This document shows positions 1-10,520 of a DNA stretch of 64,000 nucleotides, one piece after another. The stretch is from contig OX597815.1 in NCBI GenBank assembly GCA_951406725.2, positions 113,832,001 through 113,896,000 of the forward strand, read 5' to 3'. The position numbers and the translations under genes were made by a program. Under the pieces are notes generated by a model that was given only the letters and a program-made list of their open reading frames with translations, was not told the DNA's origin and searched no databases. The stretch is from Octopus vulgaris. Taxonomy: Eukaryota. Each line of letters starts with the position of its first letter. Positions within the stretch are counted from its first letter, which is position 1.

Positions 1-300
1 TGTCAAGTTCTAATTGTGGAGGGTGCCTGTGTTATGGGTAGACCCAGAAAGACACGGGATGAAGTGGTGAGAAAGGATTTTTGGATGCTGGGCCTCACTG
101 AAGAAATAACAAGGGATCGGGAGACATGGCGATTTGCTGTATTTGATAAGATGCATCAAGCTAAGTAAAATTACTGTCTTCCATACATACAGGCTTGTCT
201 TTCAGGTTCCAGTGCTACTTAAAAAGCACCTGTGACAGTACTGTATTAATGCACCCATGCCAGTGCTATGTAAAAATACTTGTACTGGTGGCATATTGAT
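1..300 (+). mobile_element. RTE-clade LINE 3' end (end of RT ORF plus part of 3' UTR)
   Basis: Frame 1 reads CQVLIVEGACVMGRPRKTRDEVVRKDFWMLGLTEEITRDRETWRFAV (RTE GRPRKTW...DR..W terminus). Confidence 0.8.
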
Positions 301-731
301 ATGGACATATATAAATCAAACTTGACTCCAAGAACTAGGCAAAAAACTGATGACCTATTAGTGGGGAGTCCTGGAAAGAGAGGAAAACCTAAGATGAAGA
401 AGAAATGCCGAAGTCAGAACTTAAGATGTTGGACCTTGCATAACAGATGATAGAAGACTGATACAGTTGAGAATATTCTGCACAGCATCCAAACCATGCT
501 AGCAAGGAAAAATAACTAAAACATTGACAATGATGATGGTAGTGATTGATATCTGTAATTTCAACACATCGAATATTCCAAATTGTTTCAAAACTTTTTG
601 ATAAATATTTTTTTAACATAATAGAAATTTTATTTGCATTATAAATATCTTGAAACATTTTCTAAAACAGAAGAAAACGTGAATATTTTAAATTTGCTAT
701 TAAATTATCCTTTTTTTATTGTTTATTGCAG

Positions 732-826
732 CCAAAACTTTACACCAAAGATCTACTTGATCTTGTGGCCTCGCATCTTAACTTAAAAGAAAAGGAATAT
801 TTTGGTCTATACTACTTGGATGAAAA
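732..826 (+). CDS. FRMD4A: FRMD4-like exon (FERM F1 lobe): PKLYTKDLLDLVASHLNLKEKEYFGLYYLDE
   Basis: Pyrimidine tract plus ttgcag acceptor ending at 731; gtaaga donor at 827; 95 nt, phase 0 to 2; contains the FERM EYFGL motif. Confidence 0.95.
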
Positions 827-915
827 GTAAGATACATTTTTTTATATTTTCAACCGTCTTATTTATTTACATTATTTACATTTGACAGATATTTGTCCTC
901 ATCTTGTTTGTTGTT

Positions 916-961
916 AACACAATGTTTCGGCTGATATGCCCTCCAGCCTTCATCAGGTGTC
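916..961 (-). ncRNA. Minimal type I hammerhead ribozyme-like motif (Penelope type)
   Basis: Minus strand reads gacac-CTGATGA-a-GGCTG-gagggcatat-CAGCC-GAAA-catt-gtgtt: both core boxes, 5-bp stem II, stem I gacac/gtgtt and a vestigial stem III. Confidence 0.65.
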
Positions 962-1209
962 TTGGGGAAATTTCGAACCTAGGTTCTCAATCCTAAGATA
1001 TTTTTCGATGTTATTATTATTATTATTATCATTCTGGTCACTGCATGGAATCAAACTTGGAATCTTGGGGTTAAGAGCATGGGCTACTAACCCCAAGATT
1101 CCAAGTTCGATTCCAAGCAGTGACCTGAATAATAATAATAATAATAATAATGATAATAACATCGAAAAAATACCTTAGGGATCAGAACCCAGGCTCGAAA
1201 TTTCCCCAA

Positions 1210-1254
1210 GACACCTGATGAAGCCTGGAGAGTATATCAGCAAAACATTGTGTT
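1210..1254 (+). ncRNA. Degenerate second copy of the hammerhead motif
   Basis: gacac-CTGATGA-agcctggagagtatatcagc-AAAA-catt-gtgtt; the GAAA box is mutated and stem II is weakened. Confidence 0.5.
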
Positions 1255-1510
1255 AACAACAAACAAGATGAGGACAAATATCCATCAAATGTAAATAATG
1301 TACGTAATTCCTCATCTCTTAAATATAGAGCTGTTTTATTTATAGTTTCTATATTCAAAAGATAAAATCTACTGCAACTGAATCTCTGTATTTGTTTACC
1401 TTTGTTTCAACTAAAAGCTACTATTGAAAATACTTGGCTCTTTTTAAATACTCAAATCTCAATGATCACTTTCTTTCATGTATATGAAACATACTGGTAG
1501 TATGGCATAA

Positions 1511-1980
1511 AGAGTCCAGAAAGAGTCCATGGCTACCCACATGGTTCATGGTCTCAAAAATGTTTCCTATGAAGAAAGGCTGAGGACGCTCAACCTTTAT
1601 TCTCTAGAAAAACGCCGCCACCGTGGTGATCTCATTCTCGCCCACAACATCATAAGCGGAAAGTGTAACCTCTCGAAAGAGCTGTTCTTCACTCCTGCTC
1701 CAGAGTGTCGGCTGCAGGGTCATTCCAAAAAGCTCTACCTGTGATGATTTCATCTCAATCGAAGGAGAGGAGCTTTCTCCGTCTGGATTGCGGATCCGTG
1801 GAACAAGCTGCCAGACGAGATAGTGAAGATGCCGACGACCGCTTTGTTCAAAGCCTCCCTTGACCTCAAGTGGCCTGAACTCTTTACATGAACACCACCC
1901 TGTACTTAACTCCATGTCCCCCTACATGGCCTTGCTATTTGCTTTTGAGCCAAATTAACTAACTAACTAACTAACTAACA
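1511..1980 (+). mobile_element. 5'-truncated CR1-like LINE 3' end with (TAAC)n tail
   Basis: ORF 1529-1744 SYEERLRTLNLYSLEKRRHRGDLI...QGHSKKL, then FSVWIADPWNKLP; ends in aactaactaac repeats. Confidence 0.88.
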
Positions 1981-2375
1981 TTAATGTTTCTGTAGTATTT
2001 AGTTACGTCTCTCTTTGTTCCAAGTTAAACATACTGAAGTTGACTTTGCTTTTTATCATTCTTGAGTTAGGTATATAAATTGATTCATTTGATTGTGGCT
2101 CTCTCCTCTAATGTGTGTGGCCTTGTGCTAATATGAGAAATTATTATTTTATGCTATTTGGCATAAAATTATACATTAGTGGGTTAAATGCCTTACACTG
2201 TTTAGTCTTATCCTTTCTATGTTGTGAGTTCAAATTCTATTGATGGCTGTCCACTCAATCTTGAGTGTGACCACCCTCTAATCTATATCAGTTCATTTTA
2301 TGATTTGTGAACTCCAAGGTAATCCCCCACACTCAAGCCTACCAACAAGTGGTACTCATTGTGTGTATGTGTGTA

Positions 2376-2411
<36 letters not shown>

Positions 2412-2507
2412 GGAGAGGCACTGAGCAGCTATACGCACACATACACACACGGCAGTAACTTCCACCTACCGAATTCAATCACAAAGCTCCGGTCGGCTCG
2501 GGGCTAT

Positions 2508-2623
<116 letters not shown>

Positions 2624-4278
2624 TTCAGAGCCACTCCTTCCTTAGCTTTTCATTGCATTCTTCCAGTCTAAAATCATAAAAAAAATATAAGCATCATCAA
2701 AAGCTTCACCACCAAAGAATCACTAAAGGGTGAAAAATTGCACGAGTATGACATATCAAAAGGTACACCTTTTAAACTTGTACTGAACACAATCCCTTTT
2801 TGAGTAAGATAAAAGAGTTTCTAATGTCACAAAAAGTTGTTATGACTGGACTGTGCCAAATTTAGGTTTTGTTTCAGAGTATTTATAGACAGGATAGCAG
2901 TGGTTTGGAGAGTTTTCCCTATTCTGGGTAGATACAATATAGTTAATAAGCCCTACTATAGCTAATAAGTTCTGTCTACCCCTCTTCTAGAGAGATCTTG
3001 TGACAAAATTTAGGGGGCCATCATGCAACCCACCTAAAAATTAGTCCTACAGCTAACTCAAATATGTTAGATTAGTGTTCTAACTCACTATTATGTTGAC
3101 CTGTGTTGAGTTTATCATCCTTTTGACAGGTTTTTTTTTATCCTACTAAATCTCTTGCAACCAGCCCTCCACACCAGGCAAAGCTAGCCTAGTAGCGTTG
3201 GGTGGTGGTGGGTGGCTGAAGGGGTCAGATATACTGGATTATTTATTAGTAGTCACACTCAAACCAACCTGGCATATATCAGTAAATACTTTTTGATGCT
3301 GTCAACTATATTCTTCCACTCAATAGTAGAACTTAATATCAAGCTCTATGACCCATTTGACAGGAGATCATGTTACCAATCACAAGTTAAGTGAGTCAGT
3401 GGGCTTGTTGCTTTCTTCTGTTTCAAATTAGCGCTTGTATTGTCTGATACCATTTTATGTTGATAATCTTAGCAGCTAATTCATGATGTGGCTAAATAGA
3501 AAATGCTAAATTGTTCCCCAGTTAAAAAGTCTGAAATCCATGATTAAGTCATTAATGGTTATAGAGGTAGTTGCTTAAAGACTTAATTAATCCTTTTCGT
3601 TATGTGTCAATTAGGCAGATGCATTTAGTGATTATACTGTGAAATGTTTTATTCTATTAAGAATGTTAATTAGTTATCTCATTTAGAAAAAAACATTGCC
3701 ATCTACAACAGAAGTAAATATTCTTGTTTCTATAACTAATTTTTAGACACGACATTGCAAATTAATATTCCTTACAAATATGCTAAATTTTTGGACTGTC
3801 ACAGAACATAGTAAAATACTTTTAAACAGCGTAGTTTGGTTAGCAAAAAAAAAAAAAAACAATTAGTGCTCTTATATTGTAAGAGTAGTCTCCCTTGGCA
3901 CATTGGGCTGTTAGAACTTTCCAAATATTTATATATAGACTAATGTTCTTTTTAGGGCAGTAGGCTAGCAAATTTAGTAAAGAGGTCAATCAATGTATTT
4001 AGTTACGTCCCTTTATATTGTGAGCGTAAATCTTACCAGAAACGATTTTCTTTCTGGAGTTCATGAAATAAAGTACCGGTGGGGCATTGTAGTTGAATAA
4101 ATTATTAGGCATATTATAAATCAGTATAAAGGTTTTTACAAGGCAGAGAACTGGCAAAGATAAGCATAACAGATTGTTGTATTAGCGGAGAGCTTAAAGA
4201 TATTTTTAGCACTTCACACACACACTTACTGTGGGAGTGTCTTTTATAACCATTAAAAAATGACGCCAAAACGTTTCA

Positions 4279-4736
4279 TTTTACTTGTTTCAGTCATTTG
4301 ACTGCAGCCACGCTCGAGCACCGCCTTTAGTCGAGCAAATCGACCCCAGGACTTATTCTTTGTAAGCGTAGTATTTATTCTATCGGTTAATTTTGCCGAA
4401 CCGTTAAGTTAAGGGGAGGTAAACAAGCAACGGTTGTCAAGCGATGTTGGAGGAGACAAACACAGAAACACACACGCACGCGCGCGCGCGCACACACACA
4501 CACACACATAGTGAGAATTTGCAATAAAATAAAAGACGAAGACGGGTGTGTAAACAACAAACAGATGTATTAGTTTATACACGACGGACTTTCTTCAGTT
4601 TCCGTCCTCCAAATCCACTCACAAGGCTTCGGTCGGCCCGAGGCTATAGTTGAAGACACTTGCCCAAGGTGCCATACAGTGGGACTGAACCCGGAACCAC
4701 GTGGCTGGTAAACAAGCTACCTACCACACAACCACT
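4279..4736 (-). mobile_element. tRNA-derived SINE (family A), near full length, with internal microsatellite and a ~70-bp insert
   Basis: Reverse complement of the 7856-8266 copy (gggactgaacccggaacc B box; acttgtttcagtcat 3' end). Confidence 0.88.
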
Positions 4737-5004
4737 TTTTTTTATCTAACATATACAACACACACACACACACTCGCGCGCGCGCACATGTTAGTTTTAG
4801 GCCCGTTTTTCTATGTTGGTGTAGGTTTGACAATTTCTTATTGTAATCTTCAAATGTGTGAAGTGATCTGTCACACTGTCAGCAAGGAATGTAAACAGGA
4901 TATCACCATTGCAATCAAATAGTGATAAGCAATGTCAGGAATGTCAGCATTTGTGCACATACACACACACGCGCGCATGCGCGCACATGTGTGTGTGTGT
5001 GTAT

Positions 5005-6870
5005 ATCATCACCATTTAACGTCTTTTATCTATGTTGACATGGGTTGGATTGTTTGATAGGATCTGAAGAGCTTCATGAGTGTTAAGCACCACTGTCAGT
5101 TTTAGCATGGTTTCTGTGATTGGATTCCCTCCCTAATGCCAACCACTTTCAGCGTGTACTGGGTGCTTTTTCTTTTTTCTTCTTTTCTTCACGACACAGG
5201 CAGTAGTAACTTGCAAGTAACTAGTAACACCAAGTAACTTGCAAGACAAGAAAAGGAAAAGCTCTCCTGATTGAGTGGAAGTATATTTGAGAGAGGAGCT
5301 TTATGCCAGGTGTTGAAAGGCTAAAATATGATAGAGGGACAGGCATAGGTTACCCTGCATTGTATAAGGGTGGGTTGGAGTAGCTGGAAGGAATGTAAAG
5401 ATGGTGGTGATGAGGTTGCCAGAGCAGACTCTCAAAACACAAGAAGGTGAATATAAGAGAGAACACAGACAGTGGATCAAGGGTTAAAGAGAAGGTGGAT
5501 AGTTTCATAAGAGTATATGAGTGGAGAGTGCCGGATGGTTAGAGTTGGGGTTGGAGTGTAGTGAATGATGAACAAGGGTGGAGTTATGGTTGATGGTAAA
5601 TGTCAGAGTGGAGGAGAAAAGATGAGTGATAGAAGTGGCTTAGGAAATAGGAGGTGATAAGTGGTAGTACAGGAAGGGAGAAGAGCAGCTGTATTGTAAA
5701 CTTCTAGATAGATCAGAAGGATGGGAAATGATGTGTTGAGTGTCAAAGTTGGAGAAGGGGTGCACAATAACAGAGATGGAGGTCAGAGGAACATTAGGGT
5801 TGCTATAGTGAATGTGGTGGTGGTGGGGGGGTCATCGGTTGTGGGTATGAGAGATGTTAAAAGGTATGGCAGATCTTAGGTGTAGTTCAGAGGATAGGGA
5901 GAGATAAGTTAAGGCACAGAAAGGGGAATTAAGGGAAAATAGTGTGGGAGAGAGTGATAGTGAGAATGAAAGATGAATGTTAATAGAAAGTGGTTCCAAG
6001 AGCAGAAGGAAGTAACTGGCCATGCAATTAGAGGATAAGAAATGTGTGCCAATTCTACTCTCATGATAACAGCCACTGAGTAGTACCATAAATAGCAGAG
6101 TGATGGAGGAAATGGGTTTTAGAAAGATGAGATGTTGGGAATGCTTGATAGGAGCAGAATGGATGCAGGAACTGGGCCCAGCATATAAACTTAATTCTTT
6201 TAGGACCTCACTTTCATCATGACAAACAAGTCTTCTCAAGCACAGTGAATTGTCGATCATCTTGATCATTTGTCATCTCTTTTTTGAGGCCTAACATCTT
6301 GAGGTCAGCCTTCACTAGTTTGTGGGTCTCACCCGTCCACAAATTTCATCCATTTAAAGCCATCAACAATTCTTTAGACAACTGTGGTCACCCATATCTA
6401 TCACATGACCAAACCAGCACAGTCTTCTCTCTTGCACACTAAGTTGCATATCCAAGGGAGCATACTAGCTTTATTCCTCTGCATTCAGGGCCCACATTTC
6501 ACTACCATGTCACATTGATGTTTGCACACAAACATCATACAATCTGCCTTTCACTCTGAGAGAGAGAGAGTTTGTTGCCAACAGAACCTTTCTTCATCCT
6601 ATTCTTCTTCTAACAACTATACTTTTAAAACATCCTCCTTCACTGCTAATTAGGTCACCTAAATAACAGCTACTGTGCACTATCTCTAGGGTACCTCCTG
6701 CGTATTCAAGAAAATCTATTTCATATATGCCCTTAGTGTTTATTGCTGTTATGTATCTTGCCTAAACAAATTCTACTTTCTCTCTTAACCTTCCTGTGAT
6801 TCTACTGCACCTTTAGTGTGTCCTTAACATGCATTGGTTACATCGTATGGAATTCATACCTATATCTTTC
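5005..6870 (-). mobile_element. Degenerate RTE LINE 3' portion: RT remnant (6235-6870), ~1-kb low-complexity 3' UTR, (GAT)n tail
   Basis: 6235-6870 resembles the RTE at 19735-20630; the tail motif catttaacgtc...gccaaccact lies at 5005-5170. Confidence 0.7.
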
Positions 6871-7002
6871 CTTACTTGGAAGTAGTTGAGGGTTGGCAAC
6901 AAGGGAGAGCATCTGGCTGTTGAAAATCTACCTCAAATAAACTGCATCCAACACATGCAAGCATGGAAAAGTGGACATTAAATGGTGATGATGATCGCAT
7001 TA

Positions 7003-7055
<53 letters not shown>

Positions 7056-7495
7056 CATGTGCATGCATGTGTACACACATACACGCACATGCACATGTCT
7101 GTGCATGAAGACATGTAACCTAATGGTTAGGGGGCTGCACTTAGGATTGCTAGAGCATGGAGCCAATTCCTGGACTGAGCAGTGCACTGTGTTCTTGAGC
7201 AAAACACTGCATTTCACATTGCTCCCATCCACTCAGCTGTAAGTGAATAACCCTGCAACATCCTAGTCTACTGACCAGAGGCAATGTTGTGGGGTTACAT
7301 CATTCAGAAGAGAGAAACAATTCAAAGTGCATTGTGACTGGTGATATATAACAACATCCAATAGTCTGGTTGATCACATGACATATATATATATATATAT
7401 ATATAGATAGATAGTAAGTCTTCACAGTTGTATTTCATTCTCCCTCAATTTTTTTTTTCCACTCTGTTGTTTATTTTGGTATAGTAGCTGTGAGA

Positions 7496-8337
7496 TTAAC
7501 CCTTTAGCATTTAAACTGGCTATATGCGGCTCAAATATTCTACCCATTTATGTTAAAGCTGGCCAGATCTAGCATCTCACACCTATCCTACAATGTCATT
7601 CTAAAAATAAACTATTATTTCATTGAAATCTTGAAGTTACGGGATGATGCATGATTAATTCAAGACAATGTGAATAAATAAGAATTACATTTAACCTTTT
7701 AGCATTCAGGTTATTCTGTCAAGTGTAATGTCTATTTATTCACGTTGTTTTGAATTAATCATGCATTATCTTATAGCTTTCAAATTTTTATGAAGGTAAC
7801 TGTTTAATTTTAGAAAGATATTGTAGTGCAAATTTGAAAGCAAAGCAGGTAGATAGGCGCAGGAGTGGCTGTGTGGTAAGTAGCTTGGTTACCAACCACA
7901 GGGTTCCGGGTTCAGTCCCACTGCGTGGCACCTTGGGCAAGTGTCTTCTATTATAGCCTCGGGCCGACCAAAGCCTTGTGAGTGGATTTGGTAGACGGAA
8001 ACCGAAAGAAGCCCGTTGTATATATGTAAATATATATATGTGTGTGTGCGTGTATATTTGTGTGTCTGTGTTTGTCCCCCTAGCATTGCATGACAACCGA
8101 TGCTGGTGTGTTTATGTCCCTGTCACATAGCAGTTCGGCAAAAGAGACCGATAGAATAAGTACTGGGCTTAAAAATATTAAGTCCCGGGGTCGAGTTGCT
8201 TGATTAAAGGCAGTGCTCCAGCATGGCCACAGTCATATGACTGAAACAAGTAAAAGAGTAAAAGAGATATTTTGACTGAATATGGCTGGTTTAAGTGCTA
8301 AAGGATTAACAGGATTATCTGAATGCTAAAGGGTCGA
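7496..8337. mobile_element. Nested TTAA-flanked (piggyBac-like) MITEs: outer copy 7496-7694 plus 8306-8337, inner inverted copy 7691-8309
   Basis: Terminal inverted repeats TTAA-CCCTTTAGCATT ... AATGCTAAAGGG; TTAA is duplicated at 7691-7694 and 8306-8309. Confidence 0.8.
7856..8266 (+). mobile_element. Full-length tRNA-derived SINE (family A)
   Basis: A-box-like TGGCTGTGTGG, B box GGTTCAGTCCC, central TA/TG microsatellite, 3' end ctgaaacaagtaaaagagtaaaagag; several other copies in the window. Confidence 0.9.
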
Positions 8338-8667
8338 GGTATTGGAGTACTGACCACATGGTCATGAGTTTAAACCATATGACAACAACAACCACTATTT
8401 TGTTATTCCTCTTGGCTAGACATATAGCTTCTCTTAAGTTTCACACCTGCTTCACCATTCAGTAGTTGGGATTAGAAAGGGGCTTCCAGCTGTAAAAACA
8501 GCCAGTCACTCCTACTCATGCAAGTGTAAAATAATGGGTGCAAAGCAATCCATGCAGCTCAGCTCACTATTCCCAAGAAGATCATTGGGGTAGAATCTTC
8601 AGGCACCTCCTCCATAGACTGTCTGGGTAGATTTTCTAGTGTGACAAACTGAGACTGTAGATATAAA

Positions 8668-8878
8668 TTTTAAATTTTGGTATAAAGCCAGCAATTTCAG
8701 GGGATGGGGTAAGTTGATTACATTAGCCTCAGTGCTCAACTGGTACTTATTTTATTGACCCCGAAAGGATGAAGGGCAAAACTGACCAAGGTGGAATTTG
8801 AACTCAGAGCACGAAGACAGATGACACACCACTTAGCATTTCGCCTGGTGTGCTAACAATTCTGACAGTTCACTGCCA
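8668..8878 (-). mobile_element. tRNA-derived SINE (family B)
   Basis: Shares gtgctcaactggtacttattttattgaccccgaaaggatgaa...gaatttgaactcag with copies near 35730, 42275-42937, 59430-59838 and 63050. Confidence 0.85.
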
Positions 8879-9105
8879 TATGCGATTATAGATATTTTCC
8901 AACCATCTCATTCTTGGTCATCTTCATCTCTTGCCAGTTGACTCAGCTTGAAAAATTCATCATGCAATTCTTTTCTGTAACATTCTAATCATGTCTGTAG
9001 TACTGGAAGTGTGGCCTCTCAATGTGGGAATGTAGCATTTTATTGTAAAGTAACCCACAAATTCACCACCTTCTCTCTCACTCTCTCCATCTCTCTCTTT
9101 CTCAC

Positions 9106-9153
<48 letters not shown>

Positions 9154-10224
9154 GTCTCCAACTGGGATAGCCTTGTATCACTTTTACAACAAAACACCTA
9201 TCTCTATCCCTCTTATTCTTTTAACCTCTTATCCATGGCACAAAGCCACCTCCCTCAATACTATTCGCCACCCCACTCCTGGTCAAAAGGCCTTTGTCTT
9301 GTTTTGCAAGTTATTTAGTGATGCTGCTGGTACTGGTGCCCTGAAAAAATGTACCCATTATACTCTGGCAGGTGGTTGGCATTGGGAAGGGCATTCAGTT
9401 GTTGAAACTATGCCAAAAAGACAATAGAACCTGACATAGCCCTCTGGCTTACCACCTCTTGTCAAACCATCCAACCCATGTCAGCATGGAAAATGTATGT
9501 TGAATGATGATATGTGTGTGTGTGTGTGTGTGTATACCAATAAAAGATTGGTGTATACACACACAGAAAGAAAGAACCTGCTAACCAACTTGTAAGAAGG
9601 CATTTGTTGCTAGGCATCTCTGGGTGATGTGCATTAGAGCTCTGTTGCCCATCGAGGGTAGCAAAATACAGGTATAAAAGAAACAGTAATAATAATGATT
9701 TCTCATAAACCCAAGTCCAGACATTTTTGAGAATAGACTGCTATTTTATTTAATGACCTCTGGAAGGAGGGAAGACTAATCTAATTTGAATTCTATAATG
9801 ATAAATTCTAACACAAAATCAGAAATAATTATGTTGTTTTTAACATTAGTGGAAGTCTAGAAATTTTGGTGGGAATGTTAGTAGACTGCATCAACCCCAG
9901 GACTTGTGGTTCTTTATTTTATTGAATATAGAAGGATGAAAAGCAAAGCTGACTTCAGAATTTGAACTCAGAATACAAAGCGCCAGAACAAATATTTGTA
10001 CCCAAAATTCTAACAATTCTGTTACAGATGATATATTATAAGTTACAAGGGAGGGGAACTAATAATTCAAGATGGAATAAATCCTCTTTTATGTCCCACC
10101 TTTTTTCTCCTTAATTTTGTAACTATTTCTTCAGAGCCTAAATACTCTCTCTCTCTCTCTCTCTCTTTCCCTCTCTCTCTTTCTACCCCCTCTCTCTCAC
10201 ACACACACATATACAGTCATGTGT

Positions 10225-10520
10225 GTGCAAAAGAATGGCTTGTGAGAGTTGTGTAATCACATATAGAGATGCTATCAATGAGGTGTCAATCAGAAATGAG
10301 TTCAGCAAGGGATTTATCATGCTAGTAAGTGTCTTTCATAGCTCAGTTCTCATTTCTCTTCATTTTACTATTGTTCTCCATGATTTAACAAAAGGGTTTA
10401 AGACTGGCTGTTTGTTGGGGCTTTTGTATGCTGAAGACTTAGTTTCCATAGCTAAGTGCATTGAAGAAATAGAAAAGAAATTCCAAACATGGAGACAAAG
10501 CTCAGAGTCAAAAGGCCTCT
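10225..10520 (+). mobile_element. RTE RT fragment
   Basis: FKTGCLLGLLYAEDLVSIA...EKKFQTWRQSSESKGL (degenerate YADD region). Confidence 0.75.

Larger units (their letters stand above)
868..1302. repeat. Long imperfect palindrome: two head-to-head copies of a tRNA-headed, hammerhead-bearing element
   Basis: Arms 868-1073 and 1088-1302 are near reverse complements with a 14-nt spacer; B-box-like AGTTCGATTCC near 1105-1115; internal (AAT)n tract. Confidence 0.92.

Noticed and set aside
1069-1125. Possible tRNA gene
   Set aside because: It lacks the 5' acceptor strand and a complete A box; it is the truncated head of a repeat.
936-1178. Mirror-image ORFs on both strands (936-1178 plus, 953-1162 minus)
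   Set aside because: They are a by-product of the palindrome and its (AAT)n tract; no protein features.
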